Of a stretch of 64,000 nt of DNA, positions 35,162-45,553 are shown piece after piece (positions within the stretch are counted from its first letter, which is position 1; each line of letters starts with the position of its first letter). A model generated the notes under the pieces. The model made no database searches and was not told the DNA's origin. It saw nothing but the letters and a program-made list of their open reading frames with translations. Both the position numbers and the translations under genes were made by a program. This stretch comes from an uncultured Candidatus Saccharibacteria bacterium (GTDB lineage Bacteria; Patescibacteriota; Minisyncoccia; Phycocordibacterales; UBA6899): NCBI GenBank assembly GCA_964469335.1, contig CAYXYK010000001.1:142501-206500 (forward strand). The letters run 5' to 3'.

Positions 35162-35234
35162 CCCCCTATAGCTCAGCTGGTAGAGCAGTAGCCTTTTAAG
35201 CTAACGGTCGCAGGTTCGAGCCCTGCTGGGGGGA
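35162..35234 (+). tRNA. tRNA-Lys (UUU)
   Basis: Acceptor CCCCCTA/TGGGGGG, GCTC-AGCTGGTA-GAGC, anticodon loop CTTTTAA, GCAGG-TTCGAGC-CCTGC; terminator hairpin at 35248-35272. Confidence 0.8.
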
Positions 35235-35332
35235 CTAAATGAGATTCAAAGAGCACCCTTCGGTGCTCTTTGGCTTCTATCGACTTTCGGGAAAGCTTTT
35301 TTGGTTTTGTGACACTAAAGCTTACCCTCAGT

Positions 35333-35752
35333 CTATAATTTCCATAAATTAAGGCCTATTTCAGGGATAAACTCCCTTTCCAGCGTATTTTCATGGAAAC
35401 GGATGGTTACCTCGCATGTTGCACCGACGACAAGCTTTCGAACATGCCCACCAAAGGCATTGAATTCGGCGTCAGCAATGGTGGAATGGAGGTGGACGAC
35501 GGGTTTACCTTCAAAGTAACTGATATTCCCCACCCCGCCAGTTACTTCGAATTCACCGATGAACTCTCTCCAATGATACTCTTTCTTTTCAAGTGAGTAG
35601 AACCCCAACTCAATGCTCGTTGTTGCACCAATCACCGTGAATGTGCCTGACTTACTATTGTCCAGAGAAAATAGGTCAATCAAACCAGAAATAAGTTCGT
35701 CGCCGCGTTCAAATCGGATAAGCACAGCATCTGCATTTTCTCGAATTTTCAT
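35333..35752 (-). CDS. PPC (DUF296) domain protein
   Basis: The DUF296 glycine-rich core with His residues is present. Confidence 0.55.
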   Translation of the reverse strand: MKIRENADAVLIRFERGDELISGLIDLFSLDNSKSGTFTVIGATTSIELGFYSLEKKEYHWREFIGEFEVTGGVGNISYFEGKPVVHLHSTIADAEFNAFGGHVRKLVVGATCEVTIRFHENTLEREFIPEIGLNLWKL

Positions 35753-36040
35753 TATTCAATTGTATCAAACACAGATCACAGATTCGGCAGACTTGCCATA
35801 TTTAAAAAAATGTATTGTAACAATCATATGTATATAGTTATCCACACCATGTCCTTGAATGTTGTAAAGGACAGAGTATACTCATATCAGACGATTCTCA
35901 GTAAGTCACTTTTTCTAAAAGACTACTGAGAGATCAGTAGTTCTTTACACAATCAACAAAGGTTTTCCTCCAACACAAAGACCGACAATAGTCGGCAATC
36001 AAAGCCGGGACACTCAAACCCGGCTTTTTAGCACCTTTTT

Positions 36041-36748
36041 TTAGTTATTGAGTATGAATTCTTCGAGGAGCTCCTCAAGCCCACCCTCCCCTCTATGTCC
36101 TTTATGATATATCTCTTTTAGGGTTGTTACCTTGTCTTTTAGCTCATGCAAAGTGAAGTTTTTCGCAAGGGTCGAATATGTCCTATATGATGACTCTTTC
36201 ACACCGCAGCGAAGCGCAGCGGGCTTTGGCAATATGCTCGTAATTAGCATGGTCTTGAATCCCCAAAATACCGTTCCGTGCACTTCTTCCATTGCTGAGC
36301 CAGCTTTCCTCACTTTTTCAAATTCAACCCATGATGCTTTTTTGTCTTTTCGCGCAAGGGCATTCACAACTCCAAAACTGTCGATCCGGGACTCGAATTT
36401 TTTCGCAAGCGGATATTCCTTGACCTCCCCAAGCCGCTCAAAGAAAGCCTTCAGGTCCTTTCCCGGAGCAACTTCGCGAATGATCACCTGATGGTCTGTT
36501 TCCCTTAGAACGGTGCGGAAAAAGGATTCTCCGTCGGGGTGATCCAGAATACCGTCAAAATAAAGGATGTTTTCTCCCCCAAACAGACTTTCAGAGGTGA
36601 ACGCATCGACAGCACCGGTAAGGTCGAAAAGTGTGTCGTCAAAATAACTCGCATGTGCTGAGGGACTTTCCGCTCGCAGTTGTTCAAAAAATGCCCTCGC
36701 TTCCATGCGTGCTCGCTGAGTATCATCCCCAAAGTAGCAGCGGATCAT
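36041..36748 (-). CDS. Hypothetical protein (possibly DNA polymerase III delta-like; weak)
   Basis: No decisive motif. Confidence 0.3.
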   Translation of the reverse strand: MIRCYFGDDTQRARMEARAFFEQLRAESPSAHASYFDDTLFDLTGAVDAFTSESLFGGENILYFDGILDHPDGESFFRTVLRETDHQVIIREVAPGKDLKAFFERLGEVKEYPLAKKFESRIDSFGVVNALARKDKKASWVEFEKVRKAGSAMEEVHGTVFWGFKTMLITSILPKPAALRCGVKESSYRTYSTLAKNFTLHELKDKVTTLKEIYHKGHRGEGGLEELLEEFILNN

Positions 36749-36834
36749 ATGAAAATTCTAGCACGAAAATGAGCGTGCAAAGAACAACCCCACCGCCAGG
36801 AGGGGTTGCTGAAAAGCTTGTACCAGGAATCTCG

Positions 36835-36985
36835 ATCAGCGCTTGCCGGGCATAGTTTGATCGTTCTGGGTCGGCGCCTGGGCGCCGTAGCCCACATTCT
36901 TGTCCATAAGGAGCGGAACGAATGCACAGCCAGCGAGTTCGAGGGAAACGAGCAGGAGCAGTAAGGCAGAAAATCGACGGATCAT
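36835..36985 (-). CDS. Putative small lipoprotein (49 aa), not in the ORF track
   Basis: MIRRFSALLLLLVSLELAGC lipobox; found by manual reading. Confidence 0.3.
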
Positions 36986-37108
36986 GATTCCTCTTGAATC
37001 TGATGATGGACTATCTATATTATGAATAATAATTATTATTTTGTCAATATTCTAACATTTTGCACCCGCACGGGCGGATAAATGTGACTAGAGGTCAGTG
37101 AATCCCCT

Positions 37109-39508
37109 CTACGCAAGGCTTCCCCAGCGCATTCCCTTTGCCATGTCTACAGTGAGCGGAATCGACTCCCCCTTCGTTCCAACCGCAACCCCCGTCATGG
37201 CTTTCACGATGATCTCCTCCGCTTTCTTGAGAGTTGTTTCATCATCGGAAACCTCGAATATCAGTTCATCATGCACCTGCAGGATAAGTTCGATCTGTTT
37301 CTCTAACTTCGCCGATCGTATTGCTTCATCCGAGCGGATCATTGCTATCTTCACAAAATCAGCCGCGGTCCCCTGCAGAGGAGCATTCATCGCCATGCGT
37401 TCTGCCATTGCTTTCATAAAAGGTATCTTTGAGCGAAGATTCGGGAACAGACGCCTTCGTCCGAAAAGTGTTTCTGTGTAGCCTTTTTTCGTCGCGTCCT
37501 TCTTTACATTCTCAAAATAGAGCGCGATGGCAGGAAAAGTGACGAAGTACTGATCATAGAATTCCTGTGCTTCTTCCCGTGTTGATCCAAGATTCTGCTT
37601 AAGAGCATTCACTCCCATCCCGTAGATGATACCGAAATTGATCACTTTTGCCTTTCTGCGCATTTCTTTTGTCACTGCCCCAGGGTCTATCTTGAACACG
37701 CGAGAAGCGACCGATGTGTGGATGTCTGATCCTGAACGGAAAATCTCAGCAAGTCCGGAATCACCGGAAAGCATCGCAAGGACGCGCATTTCGATCTGAG
37801 AGTAGTCAAAAGACATAAGAACTTTTCCTTTTGGAGCGATGAATGCATCTCGGATCACCTCACCAAGTCCCTCACGCACGGGAATATTCTGAAGACCTGG
37901 ATTTGTCGAGGAAAATCTTCCTGTTGCCGCTCCGTCCTGGTGGAATGTGGTGTGCACTCGGTTTTCCGAGTCGACCATTTGAGGAATGTTGTCGATGTAG
38001 GTCGACAACAATTTTTGGTACTCGCGATAGATGAGTATCGTCGAAATGATCGGGTGCGCATCACGTAATTTTTCCAACTCAGATTCGCGGGTAGAGCGGG
38101 CACCGCCTTCGGTCTTCTTCAATCCTTTTGCCGTCAGATTGAGTTTATCGAACAAGATAACTCCGAGCTGTTTCGGTGAATTGATATTGAACTCCTCTCC
38201 CGCATGCATATATATGTCTTTTTCTGCCTGAGCGAGTTTTTTGTGATACTCCTTTGATAGCTCTGCAAGATATGGAACATCGATCATCACCCCTTTTGTC
38301 TGCGCACGTTCGATGATCGGGATCAGGGGGAGTTCTATCTGCTCAAAAACACTGAAAATACCGCTCTGCTTAAGCTCTTTCTCGATCACTTGGTATGCTT
38401 TTGTGACATCGGTCTCTCCGGTATATTCGCTCACGTCCTCAGGGCTGGGAGTGGTCTTTTCTGAATCGATAAGCCACAATCCGATCTCGGCCTTACGCAA
38501 AAGAAGGGGGTCACCTACGAGTAAGGCGGGTGTGGTGGCACTCTTCTTGAGTTTTCTACTCTCTGTTTCAGACTGTTTCTCTTCTTCCGTCCCAAAAAGG
38601 CTCTTCACTCTTCCTCCGAGAGTTTTGAACTCCAATTCAGCGAAAAGTTTCACTGCCGCATCCGCAGAGAACGTGTCCTTCCATTTCTGTTCGGGTAGCT
38701 TGTATTTGATAGGTGCATCGAGCCTTATTGTTGCGAGCATCTTCGAGAACAACGCCTCCTCTTCTCCCTTGGTCAAAAGGTCGACGATGCGGGGTTTTAT
38801 ACCCGCATCGGAAAAAGACCCTTTGTCTTTCTTGAGTGCCTTATATATCCCTTCGATTGTACCGAATTTCTGTATCAAGGTACTTCCCGTCTTTTCTCCT
38901 ATCCCGGCAATGCCGATGATATTGTCGGACGGATCCCCGCGTAGTCCTTTGTAGTCCGGAACTTGTTCCGGACCGAACCCAAAGCGCTCTCTCACTTTTT
39001 CTTCATCGTAAACGATCGTGTCGTTTATGCCTTTTCTCAAGGTATATACTCTCACACGCCTACCTGAAACAAGTTGCAGTGTATCCATGTCGCCGGTGAC
39101 GATAAGTATTTCGAGATCCTTCATTTTCTTCGTTTGTTCAACGATTGTGCCAAGCATGTCATCTGCTTCATACCCCGGCGCGTCATAGATAGGTATGTGG
39201 AACGCGGTGAACACATCCCTACTACGCTTGAGTTGGGCCTTGAGGTCATCATCGAGTTTTTTCCGTCCTGCCTTATATTCTTTATATTCCTTGTGGCGGA
39301 ATGTCGGACCGGGAAGATCGTAGCACGCAGCCATATAATCAGGGGCGAATTCAGCGATTGCCCGAATCAACATTGTCGAAAGACCATAGAGTCCACCCGT
39401 CGGTTCGCCGGCTTTTGTGGCGAAATCGGGGAGGGCATGATATGCGCGATGGATGATCGCATGTGCGTCGAATAAAACAAGCCGAGTGGGGCGTTCTTTG
39501 GAAACCAT
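37109..39508 (-). CDS. polA: DNA polymerase I
   Basis: 5'-3' exonuclease N-terminal domain; polymerase motifs RRKAKVINFGIIYG and QVHDELIFE. Confidence 0.9.
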   Translation of the reverse strand: MVSKERPTRLVLFDAHAIIHRAYHALPDFATKAGEPTGGLYGLSTMLIRAIAEFAPDYMAACYDLPGPTFRHKEYKEYKAGRKKLDDDLKAQLKRSRDVFTAFHIPIYDAPGYEADDMLGTIVEQTKKMKDLEILIVTGDMDTLQLVSGRRVRVYTLRKGINDTIVYDEEKVRERFGFGPEQVPDYKGLRGDPSDNIIGIAGIGEKTGSTLIQKFGTIEGIYKALKKDKGSFSDAGIKPRIVDLLTKGEEEALFSKMLATIRLDAPIKYKLPEQKWKDTFSADAAVKLFAELEFKTLGGRVKSLFGTEEEKQSETESRKLKKSATTPALLVGDPLLLRKAEIGLWLIDSEKTTPSPEDVSEYTGETDVTKAYQVIEKELKQSGIFSVFEQIELPLIPIIERAQTKGVMIDVPYLAELSKEYHKKLAQAEKDIYMHAGEEFNINSPKQLGVILFDKLNLTAKGLKKTEGGARSTRESELEKLRDAHPIISTILIYREYQKLLSTYIDNIPQMVDSENRVHTTFHQDGAATGRFSSTNPGLQNIPVREGLGEVIRDAFIAPKGKVLMSFDYSQIEMRVLAMLSGDSGLAEIFRSGSDIHTSVASRVFKIDPGAVTKEMRRKAKVINFGIIYGMGVNALKQNLGSTREEAQEFYDQYFVTFPAIALYFENVKKDATKKGYTETLFGRRRLFPNLRSKIPFMKAMAERMAMNAPLQGTAADFVKIAMIRSDEAIRSAKLEKQIELILQVHDELIFEVSDDETTLKKAEEIIVKAMTGVAVGTKGESIPLTVDMAKGMRWGSLA

Positions 39509-39668
39509 CACCCAATGATACCGCAAATTAAAAAACCTCCAATTGAGGGGTTTTCAGCATACATATCTTTGGGCAGGTCACGAATATTTTCTGCTGAAAA
39601 TTTCGCGACCCCGCCTCGCGCCGCCGCGCTCCGGCTCTAAAAACTTCCATGCTTTCAGTTTTTAGCAC

Positions 39669-39715
39669 CTTTTGGGGATTTAGGAAAATCCCTCAAAAGG
39701 TCTTGCGTGAGAAGA
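39669..39715 (+). repeat. 46-bp palindromic direct repeat, copy 1
   Basis: caccttttggggatttaggaaaatccctcaaaaggtcttgcgtgag. Confidence 0.8.
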
Positions 39716-39770
39716 CCGGAGCTCACTGAGGATTCATATCGCGCACTCGCCCTACAGGCGCAGTACACCT

Positions 39771-39817
39771 TTTGGGGATTTAGGAAAATCCCTCAAAAGG
39801 TCTTGCGTGAGTGACAG
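39771..39817 (+). repeat. 46-bp palindromic direct repeat, copy 2
   Basis: Identical to copy 1; 56-bp spacer. Confidence 0.8.
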
Positions 39818-39851
39818 CCCATCATAGGAATGATGGGTTCCCTTTCGTCAC

Positions 39852-40076
39852 TCACTCACCCCAGCTGGCACCGAACTCGTAGAGAAGTAGCTGACATGCT
39901 TCTTCGACATCCTCATCACGAAGGACGAACACATCGAACCCGAATGGTTCCTCTCCCGGCTTTACCGTACTTGGTGACCGTTCGCGCAGATAACTCTTTA
40001 TCCCTCGGGTATTCAGAAATTGGCGCGTTTCATGCGCCTGGGTCCCGTCTCTGAAGAATTTCACTCGTGAGCTCAT
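39852..40076 (-). CDS. Hypothetical small protein
   Basis: ORF only. Confidence 0.3.
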   Translation of the reverse strand: MSSRVKFFRDGTQAHETRQFLNTRGIKSYLRERSPSTVKPGEEPFGFDVFVLRDEDVEEACQLLLYEFGASWGE

Positions 40077-40519
40077 GATGGAATATCGATCGTTCTTGTA
40101 TGTTCATCCACGAACGTGAACTTCAGTGTACTCGCAAATGAAGGATAATGCTTCCCCAGCTGTTCAGGCCACTCAAGTATGATGAGTTTTTTCGGATCAC
40201 CTACTATTTCATCGAAACGGAGCGCGGAGAGCTCATGCTCGTCCTCTATCCGATATGCATCGATATGAACGAGTTCTTTCCATTGTTTTCCTGAAAGCGG
40301 GTAGAATTTTGCAAGGACGAATGTGGGCGAGAGGATATCATCATTGACACCGAGTGCGGCGGCGAGCGCTTTTGTGAACGCGGTTTTTCCAGAGCCGAGG
40401 TCACCGGAAAGACCGATGACCGTTGCCGTAGAATCCGAGGGTCGAAGTTGCCCGGCAAACTCATTCGCTAACTCAGATAATTCATGCAGGTTTTTCACTG
40501 TATGTTCCATTCCTGACAT
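40073..40519 (-). CDS. tsaE: tRNA threonylcarbamoyladenosine biosynthesis ATPase TsaE
   Basis: GDLGSGKTAFTKALAAALGV P-loop and YjeE family features; start trimmed. Confidence 0.75.
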   Translation of the reverse strand: MSGMEHTVKNLHELSELANEFAGQLRPSDSTATVIGLSGDLGSGKTAFTKALAAALGVNDDILSPTFVLAKFYPLSGKQWKELVHIDAYRIEDEHELSALRFDEIVGDPKKLIILEWPEQLGKHYPSFASTLKFTFVDEHTRTIDIPS

Positions 40520-40547
40520 ACTAGCATAACCGGTATGTTCGGGAATA

Positions 40548-42278
40548 TTATGCAGCAACGACACCGTTTCCGAGCTGATTTGCTTCGCGTTGTCGGCGAG
40601 CAGTCTCTTCTTCGAGGGCAATCTCCTCTTTGCGAGCGACATAATATGCACGCGCTTTTCGAATTCCGAAGATGATGAGAGTGATGATCCCCACGTAGAG
40701 TATCCATCCGAATATCGAACTCGGGAATAGTGAGAACGAGGACGAGGAAGTCGAGGAGCTCTTTGCTTTCGCCGCAGATGCGGCAGCCGCAGTGCCTTCT
40801 GCGCTCACGACCTCAACTCCGCCGGTCGAAGGGGAATATTCGAGTCGAGCACGAGCATCAGGGAAAGTTCCGTCTGCGTCGCCCGTTGTCATTCCAAGAA
40901 TGCTGATCGTCCGAGTAGAGCCGCTTTCGAGTCTTCCGACAGGGAGTACGTAGGTTCTTTCCGGACCAGAACCCTCCTCGAGCAAGAGCTCGTTGGTGGT
41001 ATTGTCACCGATATACACGACACTTCCGGGAAGAATGATCTTCAGTTTCGCATTTGTCGCGATATCAGAGCGACGATAAGCGTATGTCACTCGATACTCG
41101 ACCGGGGTGTGTGAGGGGGCCTTGTTCGGCCCTACTTTCTCGACCGTCACTTCGGCGACTTTCTTTCCGGTAAGGGTATTCCAGAAGGTACCTAGGGGTG
41201 TCGTCGCGCCAGCTCCTGCTACCTGAGTCGCAGTATCAACTGTATTACCGCTTGATGTAGTTTTTCCACTCGTTACCGCTCCGGAATTACCAGATGTTGC
41301 GCCAGAAGTGTTCGTTGTGTTATTTGCTGCGGTTTTATTACCCCCAAACAATGAACTGAACGAAAAGCTCGGAAAATTAAGAGCAGCAGGAGGATAGTAT
41401 GCTGAGCCGGGAATATACGTACCGCTTGCTGTTCCAGCACTGTAGTTTGCGGCAACTCCTCCCCCTCCGGCTTGATTTGCGCCTCCGTTTCGCACAACAC
41501 CGTCGCCAGCCTGCGGAGACGCGACACTCTGACTTCGTGGCGTTTCGCCGGCGATCGGGGCGGTACCTTGTGTGGTAAAGCTCCTCACCGCACCATACAC
41601 GATTCCTTGAGAGTTTTGTGCCGCGATACGGTACATGTACGATGTGCCGGGCGTAAGGTTTGCCACGGCTAGTTGTGCAACCCCCGAATCTCCACCCCAT
41701 CCTCCTACCTGAGTAGCATTTTCAAGTCTATTGGTGGTGCCATATTCAAACCACCATTTCACTCCCTGCCCTTCATGGGGAGCGATATAGCCGCGAAGTG
41801 TTGCGGACTTCTCAAGGATAGCGGTCGGAGTACGAGTCTCAACGATCACGATCGGGTCAACGGCTTCAGTTATGGTCTTAGTAGTGAAATAAGTTGTGAT
41901 GCCTGTATCACGACCTCGGCTGCTTTCCGCAACCAAACGATAGAAGTATTGTACATTGGGAGCAAGACCGTACACCGTGTCACTGAAATCGTTGAGCGTG
42001 CTCCCTGCGCCAACTTGGCGATGAGCAGTCTCGTACACGGTAGTGCGACCGGAAACCCCCCACTCGAACCATGCATAAGTATCGGCAATCTCATTCGGAT
42101 TCACTGAACCATTCATGATCGCACTTTTTTCGGTAATGAAAGTCGGATTTTTCGTGTTTGCCACCGGTGCCGCCTGATATGCTGCGGCAAAAAACGGCTG
42201 CAGAAGCAGTAGTGTGAGCGGCACAACGAGCGCAAGCTGTAGTTTTTTTCTGTGCGTGTTCATGTTGGAATTATACAC
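40548..42278 (-). CDS. Secreted surface protein with three fibronectin-III-like repeats, Ser/Thr/Gly-rich spacer and C-terminal TM anchor
   Basis: Signal peptide; the repeat unit E/GKSA.L.G.V.P......W.E.G....L.....Y.Y.Y....A...G...G....FTT occurs three times. Confidence 0.5.
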   Translation of the reverse strand: MYNSNMNTHRKKLQLALVVPLTLLLLQPFFAAAYQAAPVANTKNPTFITEKSAIMNGSVNPNEIADTYAWFEWGVSGRTTVYETAHRQVGAGSTLNDFSDTVYGLAPNVQYFYRLVAESSRGRDTGITTYFTTKTITEAVDPIVIVETRTPTAILEKSATLRGYIAPHEGQGVKWWFEYGTTNRLENATQVGGWGGDSGVAQLAVANLTPGTSYMYRIAAQNSQGIVYGAVRSFTTQGTAPIAGETPRSQSVASPQAGDGVVRNGGANQAGGGGVAANYSAGTASGTYIPGSAYYPPAALNFPSFSFSSLFGGNKTAANNTTNTSGATSGNSGAVTSGKTTSSGNTVDTATQVAGAGATTPLGTFWNTLTGKKVAEVTVEKVGPNKAPSHTPVEYRVTYAYRRSDIATNAKLKIILPGSVVYIGDNTTNELLLEEGSGPERTYVLPVGRLESGSTRTISILGMTTGDADGTFPDARARLEYSPSTGGVEVVSAEGTAAAASAAKAKSSSTSSSSFSLFPSSIFGWILYVGIITLIIFGIRKARAYYVARKEEIALEEETARRQREANQLGNGVVAA

Positions 42279-42362
42279 TATTTAAACATTTTGTCAAACG
42301 ATCTTCCGACCAAACTCCGGCACCTTGTGGAAGCATGAAACAACAAGTAAAATGGTTAGGAA

Positions 42363-44042
42363 ATGCCTCATTTTAATGACGGAAAAGACAGTAAGCAGTT
42401 CACCGACATGCGCGAGAAGGAAGCTGAGGCTTTGGCGCAGATATTGGCCGAACGCTACGACCTCCCCTATGTCGATCTTTCCCGTGTGATCGTCGACAAC
42501 AATGCGATCCGTATTATTCCGGAAGCGACCTCTCGTGACGCAAAGGTAGTCATATTCGGACTGAACATGCACCAGATAGATATGGCGGTACAGACACCAA
42601 ATAATCCGAAGATCGCGAGCGTACTCGAAGAACTCCAGCGCCAAGGGTATGCGACGAATCTCTATATCGCTTCTGAATTCTCGATCGCGAGAGCATGGGA
42701 AACCTATAATGAAGTTTCTTATGCGAAGGCAGAGACGAAGGGAGTCATGTCGGTCTCCGATGAGACGATGCAGAAATACGTCTCGACCATCAAGACAATT
42801 ACCGACGTGAAGGCGGTTGTTGAGGGAGCAATATCTTCCGGAGACATCCATTCACTTTCGACTGTCGTCGAGATCGTACTTGGTGGAGCTGTGGCGACGG
42901 GAGTTTCCGACGTACACATCGAACCGGAAAAAGAGAGCGTGAAAGTCCGCTACCGCTTGGATGGCATCTTGCAGGATGTGGTGATCATCACTCCTGAAAA
43001 CTACAAGAAAGTGCTCGCACGCATCAAACTGCTAGCAGGAGTGAAGCTCAATTTGGTGCACCAGGCACAGGACGGTCGTTTCACCATCAAGATCAGCGGT
43101 GTTGATGTCGAGGTGCGTACCTCAATTCTCCCCGCAGCTTATGCTGAATCGGTCGTTATGCGTATCCTAAATCCAAAATCGATCTCTGTGCCGCTCGAAG
43201 AGCTTGGTATGGATGAGTACTTCTACCAGATCATGGTGGACCAGATCAATAAGCCGAACGGACTTATCCTCACGACAGGCCCGACCGGTTCAGGTAAAAC
43301 CACGACACTCTATGCATGTCTCAAGAAGCTTCGCAGCCCGCAAGTGAAGATCATCACCATTGAAGACCCTATCGAATACCATCTCGACGGTATCTCGCAA
43401 ACTCAGATCGATCATGAAAAAGGCTATGATTTCAGCCACGGATTGCGTGCTGCGGTTCGCCAGGACCCTGACGTGATCATGGTCGGAGAAATCCGCGACG
43501 AAGAAACAGCCTCGGTTGCGATCGATTCCGCGCTAACCGGACACCTCGTTTTTTCTACGCTTCACACCAACAATGCCGCAGGTGCCATCCCTCGTCTTGT
43601 CGACATCGGTATCAACCCGAAGATTATCAGTTCCGCGCTCAATATCGCGATCGGTCAACGTCTAGTTCGTCGCTTATGCAAGTTCTGCAAGGAAGAATAT
43701 GTGCCGGACGGGAAAGAGGCAGAGGCGTTTGCCCGAGAGCTGCCGGAAATAAAGAAATTCCGCCCGAATCTCGTTGTTCCCGAAAAACTCTGGAAACCGG
43801 TCGGCTGCGAGAAGTGTTCATTCACTGGATTCAAGGGACGCGTTTCCATCTATGAAGGAATATTGATGGATCGAGCGATCGAGGCGATCCTACGCGAGAA
43901 CCCAAGTGAGCGTGAGATAAAAGAAGCCGCAAAACCTCAAGGGATACTCGATATGCGCCAGGATGGATTCGTGAAATGCATGTCCGGAATGACTGCTATC
44001 TCGGAGATCGATCGCGCTGTTGGACTTGAGGAAGGCCGATAG
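42363..44042 (+). CDS. pilB: Type II/IV secretion system ATPase (GspE/PilB family)
   Basis: Walker A TTGPTGSGKTTTL; Asp box; His box GEIRDEETA; C-terminal CxxC tetracysteine. Confidence 0.85.
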   Translation: MPHFNDGKDSKQFTDMREKEAEALAQILAERYDLPYVDLSRVIVDNNAIRIIPEATSRDAKVVIFGLNMHQIDMAVQTPNNPKIASVLEELQRQGYATNLYIASEFSIARAWETYNEVSYAKAETKGVMSVSDETMQKYVSTIKTITDVKAVVEGAISSGDIHSLSTVVEIVLGGAVATGVSDVHIEPEKESVKVRYRLDGILQDVVIITPENYKKVLARIKLLAGVKLNLVHQAQDGRFTIKISGVDVEVRTSILPAAYAESVVMRILNPKSISVPLEELGMDEYFYQIMVDQINKPNGLILTTGPTGSGKTTTLYACLKKLRSPQVKIITIEDPIEYHLDGISQTQIDHEKGYDFSHGLRAAVRQDPDVIMVGEIRDEETASVAIDSALTGHLVFSTLHTNNAAGAIPRLVDIGINPKIISSALNIAIGQRLVRRLCKFCKEEYVPDGKEAEAFARELPEIKKFRPNLVVPEKLWKPVGCEKCSFTGFKGRVSIYEGILMDRAIEAILRENPSEREIKEAAKPQGILDMRQDGFVKCMSGMTAISEIDRAVGLEEGR

Positions 44043-44507
44043 TTGAAGGATATTCTGCGAAATTCATCAGAAAATTCGCTTATTCTCTGCGAGAGAGATA
44101 AAAAAACACCCTATGGTGATTTTTTTATTTCTGATCCTGTTCGAACACATTACCCTTCAAACAACTACTTCTCACATATAATATGAAAAGTTAAATGCAT
44201 TCCTGAGGGGAACTCCAGTTGAGACGCGTGAGCGTTAACCAGGGAATCCTTGGAAGTACATCATGGAAGCCTGTGGGGCCTTAGTAGTTTGAAGGGTGAT
44301 ACGTTCGAGTCATCTGCTATTACCCAAGGTGTGAGGATCGTTACAGAAGCACTATATCACGACAATACAAAGTTGTCAATACCCTCTCATGGCGAACTGT
44401 CTTTATCTTGGAAGATAGAGACTCACATGGCATACTGAGGAGGAAAAGAGTTTCGAAAAACGTTGCTCGATTCCTGTGCTTGTAAAAGTGTAGCACAGTC
44501 GACACCT

Positions 44508-45533
44508 ATGTCAAGTATTCAAACCGAAAAAACAGAAAATAGCCCTAAGGATAGCCTTTTTCTTGACCAACGACTGCGCCCTGAGCATTGGGAGGACTAC
44601 ATAGGCCAGAATCATATCAAGCAGAATCTGCACATCCTTTTAGCTGCGGCTAAAGAGCGTAGCCACCCTCCGGAGCACCTGCTTTTTTACGGCCCTCCAG
44701 GGCTTGGAAAGACGACTCTTGCACACTTGGTGGCGAAGGAGATCAATGCGCAGATGAAGAACACTTCCGGGCCCGCGATCGAAAAAGTTGGCGATCTTGC
44801 ATCGATCCTCACGAATCTCAACCCCGGCGACATACTCTTCATCGATGAGATCCATCGTTTGAATAAAATGGTAGAGGAAGTCCTCTACCCTGCCATGGAG
44901 TCTGGTGTACTCGATATCATCATCGGCAAAGGTCCTTCTGCGCGCACCATCCAACTCGAACTCCCTCCATTCACACTGATTGCAGCAACAACTCGTATTG
45001 CCCTCCTCTCTGCCCCGCTCCGATCTCGATTCTCGGGAGGAACATTCCGGCTCGAATTCTACTCCGAAGAGGAAATCGCAAGAATCGTCGAGCGTTCAGC
45101 GGATATCCTTGGTGTGCCACTCTCAAGTGGTGCGAGTATGGCAATCGCACAGAGAAGTCGATTCACACCTCGTACTGCCAACTACTTCCTCAAACGTGCT
45201 CGTGACTTAGCCCAAGTTGGCAAGACCGAACTCAATGAAAAGATCGTCGAAGACACATTGCGACTTCTCGAAGTAGACGAGATTGGGCTCACACAACCAG
45301 ACCGCACACTGCTTTCAATTATGATAGAGAAGTGGAACGGTGGACCGGTCGGACTCTCTACTCTTGCTGCAGCGACCAGTGAGGAACAGGCGACGATCGA
45401 AGAAGTCTATGAACCATTCCTGTTGAAACTTGGATTACTCGAACGAACACCCCGCGGCAGGACAGCAACAAAAAAAGCATATGAACATCTGGGATTCGAA
45501 TATATGAAGGATGACCAAGGCAAACTCTTATAA
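44508..45533 (+). CDS. ruvB: Holliday junction helicase RuvB
   Basis: GPPGLGKTTLA; DEIHRL; RuvB C-terminal winged helix. Confidence 0.9.
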   Translation: MSSIQTEKTENSPKDSLFLDQRLRPEHWEDYIGQNHIKQNLHILLAAAKERSHPPEHLLFYGPPGLGKTTLAHLVAKEINAQMKNTSGPAIEKVGDLASILTNLNPGDILFIDEIHRLNKMVEEVLYPAMESGVLDIIIGKGPSARTIQLELPPFTLIAATTRIALLSAPLRSRFSGGTFRLEFYSEEEIARIVERSADILGVPLSSGASMAIAQRSRFTPRTANYFLKRARDLAQVGKTELNEKIVEDTLRLLEVDEIGLTQPDRTLLSIMIEKWNGGPVGLSTLAAATSEEQATIEEVYEPFLLKLGLLERTPRGRTATKKAYEHLGFEYMKDDQGKLL

Positions 45534-45553
45534 GACAAATTCAAGAAATAACC

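Noticed and set aside
39669-39817. Possible minimal CRISPR array (two 46-bp repeats, 56-bp spacer)
   Set aside because: There are only two copies. The repeats are longer than typical CRISPR repeats and strongly palindromic end to end. No cas genes or leader are nearby. I treat it as a regulatory or REP-like repeat.
44043-44507. Possible SRP (4.5S) RNA or other ncRNA in the 465-bp pilB-ruvB spacer
   Set aside because: There is a weak resemblance (CCAGGGAAUCCUUGGAAG) to the SRP domain IV motif GGUCCGGAAGGAAGCAGC. The conserved GGAAGCAGC and a symmetric helix are absent, so this is not supported.
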